Source of the DNA: Eubacteriales bacterium
GTDB lineage: Bacteria; Bacillota; Clostridia; Oscillospirales; CAG-272
DNA: 45,520 nucleotides
Direction: 5' to 3'
NCBI GenBank assembly: GCA_045595425.1
Contig: JAZOAL010000166.1
Coordinates: forward strand, 1 to 45,520
The notes under the pieces are model-generated. The model had not been told where the DNA came from. It made no database searches and saw nothing but the letters and a program-made list of their open reading frames with translations. Positions 1 through 8,090 of the stretch are shown in pieces (the first letter of the stretch is position 1; each line of letters opens with the position of its first letter). A program made the translations under genes and the position numbers.

Positions 1-2
1 AT

Positions 3-1295
3 CCCGACCGCAGAGTACATTCCGGACTGCTTGAGCTTAAACAGGTTATAAAGCCCTTTGCCGTCACGAATTTCAATGCGGAGAGCGGCAAGATACAGAT
101 AAAGAATCTCCGCTATTTCACAACCCTTGAAGACCTCAATATGGTCTGGAAGGTCACAAGGAATGGCAAGGTCATAGCAGAAGGCAGGATTGCAAATATC
201 AACATCAAGCCGCAGACCTGCAGAACTTATGTCCTTCCAATTGCCGATATTGAAAAGGACGGTTATACATATCTTGATCTTTCCTTCAGACAGAACAAGA
301 CCACCGAATGGGCTGACGTGGGATATGAGGTAGGCTTTGAGCAACTCGTTCTTGCCGAAAAGCACAAGGGTTCTGTCGTCGAGCGAATTTCGGATACCGT
401 CAGCACCGATATGGACGAAAAGAATATCACCGTTACCGCCGGCGACTCGGTTTATACCGTCAGCAGATCAAGCGGTCTTATTACATCCATCATTTCCAAC
501 GGAAGAGAGCTTCTTGAAACGCCTATCACACCTACAGTTTGGCGCGCTCCTACCGATAATGACAGATATATCAAAAACGAATGGATGAAGCTGGGCTATG
601 ACAGAGCCACCACCTTCTGCCATTATGTAAAGCTCACGGGCACTGCCGATCAGCCCATGATCGAAGCACTGCTTTCACTTGGTGCGGCAGCTCGTTCTGA
701 AATTCTTAGCGCAAAGGTGACTTACAGCTTCGGTGCTGCCGACGGCGTTAAAATCAGCATGGATGTAAGTGTTGCCAAAAACGCAGAGCATCTGCCTCGC
801 TTCGGCGTTGAATTTCTTATGCCGGAGGATACCGAAAAGATCAAGTATTTCGGCAGAGGAGATGCTGAGAGCTATGTTGATAAGCGTCACGCTTCAAAGA
901 TGGGGCTTTACAGCACAACGCTTCATGAGCATTTTGAGCACTATGTCCGTCCTCAGGAAAACATGGCTCATGCGGATACAAAATGGACACAGATCTATTC
1001 CTATGCAGGTCACGGTCTTATGGCGGCAAAGGTTGAAGGAGGAAAAGACTTCAGCTTTAACGCATCCCACTATACCGCAAAGGCGCTTACCGAAACAGCT
1101 CATGATTATGAGCTTGTCCCCATCAAAGAAGCTGCTGTCAATATCGATTACCGCCATGCGGGTATCGGCTCTCATTCCTGCGGCTATCCTCTTATAGAAA
1201 AATACAGACTTGATGAAAAGGAATTTAATTTCACCTTCCGTCTCGTCCCCGTTTTCGCAGAAAATGTAGATCCGTTTGATTATACTGATATCTAA
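3..1295 (+). CDS. lacZ: GH2 beta-galactosidase (LacZ-type), 5'-truncated by window edge
   Basis: Frame is open from nt 3 (PDRRVHSGLLELKQVIKP...), upstream of the ORF-track ATG at 141; LacZ C-terminal motifs WRAPTDND, LPRFG, YFGRG..ESY.D, YVRPQE, GIGSHSCG; TAA stop. Confidence 0.9.
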   Translation, partial: PDRRVHSGLLELKQVIKPFAVTNFNAESGKIQIKNLRYFTTLEDLNMVWKVTRNGKVIAEGRIANINIKPQTCRTYVLPIADIEKDGYTYLDLSFRQNKTTEWADVGYEVGFEQLVLAEKHKGSVVERISDTVSTDMDEKNITVTAGDSVYTVSRSSGLITSIISNGRELLETPITPTVWRAPTDNDRYIKNEWMKLGYDRATTFCHYVKLTGTADQPMIEALLSLGAAARSEILSAKVTYSFGAADGVKISMDVSVAKNAEHLPRFGVEFLMPEDTEKIKYFGRGDAESYVDKRHASKMGLYSTTLHEHFEHYVRPQENMAHADTKWTQIYSYAGHGLMAAKVEGGKDFSFNASHYTAKALTETAHDYELVPIKEAAVNIDYRHAGIGSHSCGYPLIEKYRLDEKEFNFTFRLVPVFAENVDPFDYTDI

Positions 1296-1344
1296 ATAAA
1301 AGGGGCTGTCCCCTCGTAAATGTCATTAGATTAAGAAAAGAAGG

Positions 1345-1387
1345 TTCTATAATAAATGTTGGGGTGAAACCAACATTCATTATAGAA
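1345..1387. other. AT-rich stem-loop in convergent intergenic region
   Basis: TTCTATAAT-A-AATGTTGG [GGTGAAA] CCAACATT-C-ATTATAGAA: 17 pairs with one mismatch. Confidence 0.6.
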
Positions 1388-1392
1388 TCAAT

Positions 1393-1431
1393 AAAGAGCT
1401 GACTGCAAATAAAAGCAATCAGCTCTTTTTT
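1393..1431. terminator. Intrinsic terminator, probably bidirectional
   Basis: AAAGAGCTGA...TCAGCTCTTT stem followed by a T-run, between convergent lacZ and AlbA genes. Confidence 0.75.
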
Positions 1432-2824
1432 ATGATCTTAGCTTATAAAAATAACCGTTTCCGCGTTTTTCAAAGGACAGTATATCATCATCGGTAAGCT
1501 TTTTCATAAGCCCAAGCGCATTTTCCCGACTGATTCCCAGAAGAGCTGCAATATCTCCGCTCGTTACCTCGATATGCTCGGTTATATAATTTATGACCGC
1601 CTCCCTGCGGCTTGCCGTTTCGATTGCGGTGCTGATATCTTTTCCTAGAGATTTTCCGAAGGTTAGATGAAGAGTTACTCTTTCAGGTGAAAATTCCTCA
1701 TTGAGAATAGGTGCACACCATTTCTTTTTGCGCCAAATCTCATATATTCCTCTGACACCGCCCGAGCCTATTCCTGCAAGATACAGCATCTTTGCAAGAA
1801 GCGCATTTCGCCTGTCCGAGGCTCCGCTATGAAGAATGTCATCTGGTGAAATTCTTAGAGAACCTGGATTGGTAAGTGAAAGATCATTGGTGCTCATTTC
1901 TATACTTATGGAACACTCGCTTAGATAATCGGCATGGATAAGTGAATTTGCAAGTGCTTCGCTGACAGCTTCGCTTACCGACTTTTCCTCCGAACGGTTC
2001 ATGCCAAGCATGCAAATTCCCCGTGAAATGCGTTTTTCCGCCATCAGATAAAACTCGAACAGATTTTCTCCTTCCAGCTCTGCTTTTATCTCATTTTCCT
2101 CATCCTTTTCTGTATACACAGGCTTGAAATTCGGATATTTTTCGATTATTCGCTCCTTTTTTCCAAACATCAGAAGTCCTGCCGCCGTTGGGTGATATAT
2201 ATTATCCGCTCCTTTTATCAACGCCCCGATCTTATCAAGAAAACTTTCGTTTATAGGATCTTCAACATAATCACAGCGCAGCTTTTTTAGCCTTTTGAAA
2301 TACTTTATAACAGTTTCCCCTTCAAGCGCATCAGCTTTCAGATCAGCATATAAAAGCATATCCGAAGAAATCCTTTCAGAATCTCTCTGCAGGCTTTCAA
2401 CCTCCTCTTTTGTGCATTTATAATCACCTTCACCGCCGCGGCGATATGTTCCGCCAAAGGGATCGCCGTCAACATAAACCGGCTTATCAAAGCGGTGCGC
2501 ACGCGGGATATTTATCGCAATGAAATGCTTCCCCTCAAAGGTCTCAATAGTTATATCCCTATCCGAAAGAATATTTGCGCTAACCTTTTTGCGATCGGCA
2601 AGCATCACCTTAAATTGCGCTATCATCCCCTCGGGATCTGGCAGATCAACAACATGAAAGGTCTTGTCGCGATATTCCTCAACGCCGAGAAGGATCACAC
2701 CTCCGAGAGTATTGGCAAAAGCAGAATAGGTCTCCCAAATGCTGTGGGGCAGACCGCCAAGCGCTTTCTTGGCTTCAATGCGGTTATTTTCCCTGTATTT
2801 TTCGACATTTCTCAAATCTATCAT
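1430..2824 (-). CDS. Schlafen/AlbA_2 domain + RecG-C/HATPase-like domain + C-terminal winged HTH protein
   Basis: N-terminal ENNRIEAK...YSAFANTLGGVILLGVEE (AlbA_2); PTAAGLLMFGK; EALANSLIHADY...NPG...RN.LL; C-terminal HTH (VTSGDIAALLGISRENALGLMKKL); RBS GAGAGG. Confidence 0.85.
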   Translation of the reverse strand: MIDLRNVEKYRENNRIEAKKALGGLPHSIWETYSAFANTLGGVILLGVEEYRDKTFHVVDLPDPEGMIAQFKVMLADRKKVSANILSDRDITIETFEGKHFIAINIPRAHRFDKPVYVDGDPFGGTYRRGGEGDYKCTKEEVESLQRDSERISSDMLLYADLKADALEGETVIKYFKRLKKLRCDYVEDPINESFLDKIGALIKGADNIYHPTAAGLLMFGKKERIIEKYPNFKPVYTEKDEENEIKAELEGENLFEFYLMAEKRISRGICMLGMNRSEEKSVSEAVSEALANSLIHADYLSECSISIEMSTNDLSLTNPGSLRISPDDILHSGASDRRNALLAKMLYLAGIGSGGVRGIYEIWRKKKWCAPILNEEFSPERVTLHLTFGKSLGKDISTAIETASRREAVINYITEHIEVTSGDIAALLGISRENALGLMKKLTDDDILSFEKRGNGYFYKLRS

Positions 2825-2847
2825 GCTGACACCTCTCTTCTGTTTTC

Positions 2848-2876
2848 AGTATATCAGATTTCAGCAAAATATTCAA
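2848..2876 (-). promoter_or_regulatory. sigma-A promoter of the AlbA gene
   Basis: Minus strand TTGAAT-N17-TATACT with extended TGn. Confidence 0.6.
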
Positions 2877-2890
2877 CACTAAAATTATTA

Positions 2891-2919
2891 TTGACATGCA
2901 AAAATTTTCAGGGTATAAT
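2891..2919 (+). promoter_or_regulatory. Perfect consensus sigma70/sigma-A promoter
   Basis: TTGACA (2891-2896), 17-bp spacer, TATAAT (2914-2919). Confidence 0.8.
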
Positions 2920-2920
2920 T

Positions 2921-3207
2921 GGCGACAAAGAATTTATACGAAATTATTATGAGAGATTCAAAGCTCTATATGACTTTATCTTCTCCCGTCTTGACGATGA
3001 CGGCTATGTTTGCAAACGCGGGGGAGATTGGATCTTCATCGATTGGCGTGATGATATGGATAAATCGGATCCGCTTTGCGCAGAACAGATATTGCTTTCG
3101 AAAACTAAGGCTGCCATGGCTTCTCTTTCCGAGATTTGCGAAAAGACGGCAAGGAATATGAAATCCCGAAGGGTAAGGAAATTAAGATCAATGTAAATAT
3201 AAATTAA
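2921..3207 (+). pseudogene. GH78 alpha-L-rhamnosidase relic (internal fragment fused to a probable C-terminus)
   Basis: 2921 frame reads GDKEFIRNYYERFKALYDFIFSRLDDDGYVCKRGGDWIFIDWRDDMDKSDPLCAEQILL, resembling the GH78 catalytic-barrel segment GD..F...Y......GDW.F.DW...DK.G....EQ.L; no start codon; frame shifts near 3144 to DGKEYEIPKGKEIKINVNIN-TAA (3205-3207). Family recognised from memory, not searched. Confidence 0.7.
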
Positions 3208-3225
3208 AATAAAGCTTTAATAAAC

Positions 3226-3274
3226 AAAAAGCAGGAAGTATCCCTTCAAACACATTGGGTGCTTACTGCTTTTT
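3226..3274 (+). terminator. Intrinsic terminator downstream of the relic
   Basis: AAAAAGCAG-G-AAGTATCCC...GGGTGCTT-A-CTGCTTTTT. Confidence 0.65.
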
Positions 3275-3301
3275 AACTTTAAAACAATAATAATTAAAAT
3301 A

Positions 3302-3406
3302 CAAACAATAATTTAGCAGAGAAGTAACAAACAGTTCATGAGATACTCGGCGTTTGGCTCAGGATCTCATATGGTATTAACTAACTATTCGCTAAATTAC
3401 TGTTTG
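3302..3406. repeat. Long imperfect palindrome with CATGAGAT..TCAGGAT core
   Basis: CAAACAATAATTTAGC (3302-3317) pairs with GCTAAATTACTGTTTG (3391-3406) at 15/16; inner ATGAGAT (3338-3344) pairs with ATCTCAT (3364-3370). Confidence 0.65.
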
Positions 3407-3413
3407 AAAATAA

Positions 3414-3506
3414 AATCCCAAGATCCCTTTTCGTTAAAAGTTTTTGGGATTCTAAAGACCTTTTATGGGAAAGGTCTTTAGCAGGGTGTGGGGCGGCGCC
3501 CCATGC
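3414..3506. repeat. Three tandem hairpins, REP/BIME-like extragenic element
   Basis: AATCCCAA/TTGGGATT (3414-3451); perfect 12-bp CTAAAGACCTTT/AAAGGTCTTTAG (3452-3481); GTGTGGGGC-GGC-GCCCCATGC (3486-3506). Confidence 0.6.
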
Positions 3507-3543
3507 TTATAAATTATTGTTTATATCGGATAGTTTTTTACAG

Positions 3544-4227
3544 TTATTTTAATTTCTTTAAATATTCCTTTTGTCCGTCTGTTATTCTATAGCTCTCGAT
3601 AGCTTTTTGTATTGATTTTCTGTGCGTCCATTCATCAAGGACGCGGTTTTCGATATATGGCAGCATCTGAGCATAATTATATGCGAGTGCCGTGGCAAAA
3701 TACCATGCAGCCATCATTTTGACATAATATTCATCGCTTTTTACTGCGGCAACTCTGTCCGCATATTCTTTTTTGAAATTTCCACCGAGATAATGGCGCA
3801 TGAGAAGTCCTATTGCATAGCGGACTGTATAAGTATGCTCCGATTTAAGCCATCTGTCAATGACAGGAAGCAGCTCTTCCCTGTTCTTTCCGAGAATTTT
3901 GGGGTTCATCGAATCGCAAGTAGCCCAGTTGTCGACATACGGCAAAAAAGCGTCTAAAGCTCCGAGCGTTTCGCCGAGATCTCCGAGCTTCTCAATGAGA
4001 AACGCATGCAGATTGTTCTCTTCATAATATTTATGGGGAAGAATTTTAAGAAAAGCTTTGGCATCATCCGTTTTTGCAAGATCTGCGGCATATTTGCGCA
4101 GTATGGGGGTTCTGATACCTATAATAACATCGGGACTGATCGTCGGCATCAGCTTTGCTTGGAAATCCTTATATTTGTCATCCGCCGCCAAAAGCAGATC
4201 CTTTCTGATTCTTTCCTCAAGTCGCAT
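3544..4227 (-). CDS. DNA alkylation repair protein (AlkD-like HEAT-repeat family)
   Basis: IIGIRTPILRK, FLPYVDNWATCD, YYVKMMAAWYFATAL, SIQKAIESYRI motifs. Confidence 0.88.
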   Translation of the reverse strand: MRLEERIRKDLLLAADDKYKDFQAKLMPTISPDVIIGIRTPILRKYAADLAKTDDAKAFLKILPHKYYEENNLHAFLIEKLGDLGETLGALDAFLPYVDNWATCDSMNPKILGKNREELLPVIDRWLKSEHTYTVRYAIGLLMRHYLGGNFKKEYADRVAAVKSDEYYVKMMAAWYFATALAYNYAQMLPYIENRVLDEWTHRKSIQKAIESYRITDGQKEYLKKLK

Positions 4228-5593
4228 TTGCTACCGCCTTTTCTTTCCTTACCCTCTTTCTGAATGTAAATATGAATGTCAGGGTAAGTGCCGCAAAAGT
4301 AAGCACCCATGTTATGGGATAGACGATATAAAGCACGATGAGCTTTGGGAAAGCCACAAAAACAGTATATATCCAAATAACACGCATGATGCAAACCCCG
4401 AAAACGGTGATAACCGTTGCGGAAACCGAGTTTCCGATGGAGCGGAGCATGGCAGTACCCGTATCCATGAGACCGCAGGTGAAATAAAATAGACCCATTA
4501 TCAGCAGTCGCGATTTTGCCTCCGCTATAACAGCGGGATCACTGTCGAAAATTCCGACAAGCTGCTCCGCAAAAACAACCGAAAGCACGCCCAAGGATAA
4601 GCCGACAGCGATTATGCAAGCACAGTTAAGACCGAATACCTTCCACATTCTGCCGTACTTTTTGGCACCGTAGTTTTGCGAAGAAAAGGTAAGCGCAACA
4701 TGATAGAATGCCGCAAGGACATTATAAATATAGGAGTCAACATTGCTCGCTGCGGTATTTGCATTGACATAAAGCGGACCGAGCTGATTGTAGCTTCCCT
4801 GAAGAAGCATATTGGAAAAGGAGAAAAGCATTCCCTGCACACCGGCAGGAATACCAATGCGGACAAAGCTCATAAACATGCCTCTGTCGATTCTGAGCTT
4901 CTTCAGATTTACACGGCAGGCGTCACCGAGCCTTGTTAGATAAATCACAGAAAGAACCGCGGATATCATCTGCGCGATTATTGTTGCGATGGCAACGCCC
5001 TCAACTCCCATTTTAAGTACGATAACAAAGAACAGATTGAGAATGACATTCACAACACCGCCTACCGAGGAAAAGATAAGCGGACGCAGAGTATCACCTC
5101 TTGAACGCATGATACCCGAGCAGAAATTGAACATCGCATTTCCGATACTGCCGCAGAAATATATCTTAACATAAAGTGTTGCCTTGTCAATGAAAACATC
5201 GGGAGTCTTCATAAGCTCCAGAAGAGCGGGAGCAAGGAAAAATCCTGTTACACCGACTATAATTCCGACAAAAACCGCAAGAAGCACCGATGTATGTACG
5301 GCGCGCTCTATCCTTTTTTTATCCCCTGAGCCTATGCTCTGAGAAATCGTAACGCTGACACCTGCGCCCATTCCCAACATAAGTCCGAGAATAAGATTGA
5401 TGATAGAGGCAGTACAGCCTACAGATCCGAGAGCATTGCGGTCATCGCAGAAATTACCCACAACAAACATATCCGCCGAGTTATAGAAAAGCTGAAGCAG
5501 ATTGGTGAAGATCAGCGGCAGGGCGTATCTTATCATTTTACCGAGGAGCGGCCCTTCTGTCATGTTGATTTGTTCTTTTTTGCGGTTAAACAT
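4217..5593 (-). CDS. MATE family efflux transporter
   Basis: NMTEGP...ALPLIFTNLLQLFYNSADMFVVG; GDTLRPL; NVILNLFFVIVLKMGVEGVAIAT; SQNYGAK; about 12 hydrophobic segments. Confidence 0.93.
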   Translation of the reverse strand: MFNRKKEQINMTEGPLLGKMIRYALPLIFTNLLQLFYNSADMFVVGNFCDDRNALGSVGCTASIINLILGLMLGMGAGVSVTISQSIGSGDKKRIERAVHTSVLLAVFVGIIVGVTGFFLAPALLELMKTPDVFIDKATLYVKIYFCGSIGNAMFNFCSGIMRSRGDTLRPLIFSSVGGVVNVILNLFFVIVLKMGVEGVAIATIIAQMISAVLSVIYLTRLGDACRVNLKKLRIDRGMFMSFVRIGIPAGVQGMLFSFSNMLLQGSYNQLGPLYVNANTAASNVDSYIYNVLAAFYHVALTFSSQNYGAKKYGRMWKVFGLNCACIIAVGLSLGVLSVVFAEQLVGIFDSDPAVIAEAKSRLLIMGLFYFTCGLMDTGTAMLRSIGNSVSATVITVFGVCIMRVIWIYTVFVAFPKLIVLYIVYPITWVLTFAALTLTFIFTFRKRVRKEKAVANAT

Positions 5594-5765
5594 TGTTTCT
5601 CCTAAAGATCAGGTCTTTTTATAATTTTTATGATTGATATAATAAACGAATTCCAAAATTTGTTTATTACAGAAATTCATTTTTATGTTTATTAAAAAGC
5701 TGGAAATATCGCTTGATGTTTTCAAGCTCATTTTATTATATTGAATGAATCAAGATACAGCCGAC

Positions 5766-6878
5766 TCATTCGCCGCCTCCGATTATCTCGCGGTGCGCCG
5801 TATTTATGGTGCCGACAAGCTCACGGATAAAGCGATTATCAGCTCCGCTTCCGTTATCGAGCTCTGTCATCACAACAAGCAGATATGGATCATCATCGAA
5901 AACGATCGCCATATCATGGTATGCTTCAAGATCCCAGCCGTATTTATTTGCCGCTTCGGCGGGGTTCACGGCACTCGGTATCATTACCCGATGATTTGTT
6001 GAAAGCATCCAGCTTTTCAGCATCTCGGCATATTTTGTGCCGCTTTCAAAATATCTGTAGGTCTCCTCCAGATATGCGCCCATTTCTCTTGCGCTTGCAC
6101 TGTAGAGGCTCTTTGTCGGGCTGAAAACACCGAGACCTTCGGAAAAAGAATTAAATCCGCCCCTACCGTAAATATTTCTTATTTCCGCAAAGGCAACATT
6201 ATCACTTTGAGTGATCGAGAGCTTCAGCAGCTCAAGATAGCTATAAACAGTGCCATATTCGGATTTTTGAATTATTCCCGATCCGCTTCGATATTTGTCC
6301 GCTGTATAGACAAAAACGCTGTTAACATCAAATTTAGTCCCCGCTGCAGCATTTTCAGCCTCGGCTTTTTCGATTTCTCGGAGAGCCCAGAGAACATAAG
6401 GCTCCTTTATAATACTGGCTGTATAGAATACCTGTTCCTCGTTATAAGCCATACTGCATCCTGTTTTCAGATCCTTATAATAGAATGAAACAGGTGGCTT
6501 ATATTCCTCCGAGGGCTTTGTTATATTACCTTCCGCGTCCGTCTCCTCGGCAGTTCTGTAGGAAGGCACTGCTTTCTCAAGCCAATTAAGTATCTCGGAA
6601 AGGCGAACATCAAGCTCTGCCTGTGCTTTTTCCGCAAAGGTGGGTTCTATGGGAGGTTCGGTTTCGGGAGGAACTGTAAGCTCTTCTGTTTCGGTGTCTG
6701 AATCTGTGACATTATCGGTAGTCGCTGATTCAGAAGTCCCGGTATCATCAAAAGCTACGGGAGTCGGTTCATCTTTTGAAAGCAAAGACCAAATTCCGAC
6801 CGAAAACGCCGCTATTACAATTACCGTTATAGCAACAAAAAGTATTACAGTTGAAGTTTTATATGTATTTTCTTTCAT
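5766..6878 (-). CDS. Membrane-anchored serine hydrolase, class A beta-lactamase-like / PBP-like fold
   Basis: N-terminal TM helix, T/E/P-rich linker, motifs ASIIK (SxxK), SDN, KYG (KTG-like), HDMAIV...PYLLVVMT. Confidence 0.8.
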   Translation of the reverse strand: MKENTYKTSTVILFVAITVIVIAAFSVGIWSLLSKDEPTPVAFDDTGTSESATTDNVTDSDTETEELTVPPETEPPIEPTFAEKAQAELDVRLSEILNWLEKAVPSYRTAEETDAEGNITKPSEEYKPPVSFYYKDLKTGCSMAYNEEQVFYTASIIKEPYVLWALREIEKAEAENAAAGTKFDVNSVFVYTADKYRSGSGIIQKSEYGTVYSYLELLKLSITQSDNVAFAEIRNIYGRGGFNSFSEGLGVFSPTKSLYSASAREMGAYLEETYRYFESGTKYAEMLKSWMLSTNHRVMIPSAVNPAEAANKYGWDLEAYHDMAIVFDDDPYLLVVMTELDNGSGADNRFIRELVGTINTAHREIIGGGE

Positions 6879-6887
6879 TTTCCGCCT

Positions 6888-7739
6888 TTATATGACTGCC
6901 GAAAGGTGCCTGTGTACATGACAGCACACATTCACCGCAACAGGCAGACCTGCAATATGTGTGGGATATTTTTCTATCTTGACCGAAAGTGCCGTAGTGT
7001 CACCGCCAAAGCCTTGCGGTCCGATGTCAAGCTTATTTATTTCTTCAAGCATTGTTTGCTCAAGCTTTGCGTAGTTTTCATCGGGATTTATATCGTCAAG
7101 CTCTCTTGCAAGTGCTTTTTTTGAAAGAAGTGCCGCCATCTCAAAGGTTCCGCCGATACCAACTCCGAGCGTGACCGGAGGACAAGGATTCGCTCCCGCT
7201 TTTTTTACGGTCTCCGTGACAAAAGCAACAATATCTTCTTCCTTTGCGGATGGGGTAAACATCTTCACCGCGCTCATATTTTCACTGCCGAAGCCCTTTG
7301 GGATAACTGTTATCTTTACATTATCACCCGAAACTATCTCCGTGTGGATTACCGCAGGAGTATTGCTCTCAGTATTTTTTCTGCCATACAGCGGATCCTC
7401 AACAACAGAGAGCCGCAATGCTCCATCAACATAGGCTCTTTTCACACCGCGGTTTATTGCCTCACTCAAAAGACCTCCCTCAAAGTGCACCTCCTGTCCG
7501 ATTTCAAGGAACAAAACAGCCATTCCGGTATCCTGACATATCGGTATGTCAAGCTCCTTTGCCGCCGCGATATTTTCCTCCATTATTCCGAGAACATCCC
7601 TTGCAAGCGGATTTCTCTCAGAGCATTTTGCACAGCCTATCACGCGGCATGTGCTTTCTGGCAATGCTTGATTTGCCGCCACAAAAAGCTCGGCAACCTT
7701 ATCCTCAATTATTTTCACATCAATTTTTCTGATATTCAT
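6888..7739 (-). CDS. Fe-S fumarate hydratase / tartrate dehydratase, alpha subunit
   Basis: PICQDTG, PKGFGSEN, NPCPP..LGVGIGG, GPQGFGG, PTHIAGLPVAVNVCCH. Confidence 0.93.
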   Translation of the reverse strand: MNIRKIDVKIIEDKVAELFVAANQALPESTCRVIGCAKCSERNPLARDVLGIMEENIAAAKELDIPICQDTGMAVLFLEIGQEVHFEGGLLSEAINRGVKRAYVDGALRLSVVEDPLYGRKNTESNTPAVIHTEIVSGDNVKITVIPKGFGSENMSAVKMFTPSAKEEDIVAFVTETVKKAGANPCPPVTLGVGIGGTFEMAALLSKKALARELDDINPDENYAKLEQTMLEEINKLDIGPQGFGGDTTALSVKIEKYPTHIAGLPVAVNVCCHVHRHLSAVI

Positions 7740-7761
7740 TTTTCCCCCAAAGGTAAAGATA

Positions 7762-7790
7762 GACCGCCCGTAAAAAAATTGCGGGCGGTC
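7762..7790 (-). terminator. GC-rich hairpin after divIC, possible terminator
   Basis: GACCGCCCG(T/C)...CGGGCGGTC stem; weak U-tract on the minus strand. Confidence 0.55.
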
Positions 7791-7796
7791 ATATTA

Positions 7797-8090
7797 TTAG
7801 TCAAGATCGTTATAATAAACAGCCTCATTGGGCATGCAGAGATTCAGCTTTTCTTTTGCTATACGCGCGACATATTCATCGTCAAATTCACAACCAAGCT
7901 CATATTCTATGCGCTCGATGCTTTCGGTATATCCTGATTTTTTCAGCTCCAGCTCTTCTATTTTATCCCTATAATCATTATACTTCATAAGGATTCTGAC
8001 AGCACTGAAAAGAGACGCGGCAACAAACACGGCAACAGCACATCTGATGAAGATATTCATTTCGGTTTGCTTATTGACATCCGACCGCAT
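7797..8090 (-). CDS. divIC: Septum formation initiator (DivIC/FtsB family)
   Basis: TM helix + coiled coil + YVARIAKEKLNL..P.E motif; follows yabP-yabQ. Confidence 0.8.
   Translation of the reverse strand: MRSDVNKQTEMNIFIRCAVAVFVAASLFSAVRILMKYNDYRDKIEELELKKSGYTESIERIEYELGCEFDDEYVARIAKEKLNLCMPNEAVYYNDLD

Noticed and set aside
2919-3161. 80-aa ORF starting at TTG right after the promoter
   Set aside because: The start overlaps the -10 box, there is no RBS, and it is an alternative frame of the GH78 relic.
2495-3196. 233-aa plus-strand ORF from the track
   Set aside because: Chimeric: the 5' half is antisense to the AlbA gene and crosses two promoters; only the part from 2921 resembles real (GH78) coding sequence.
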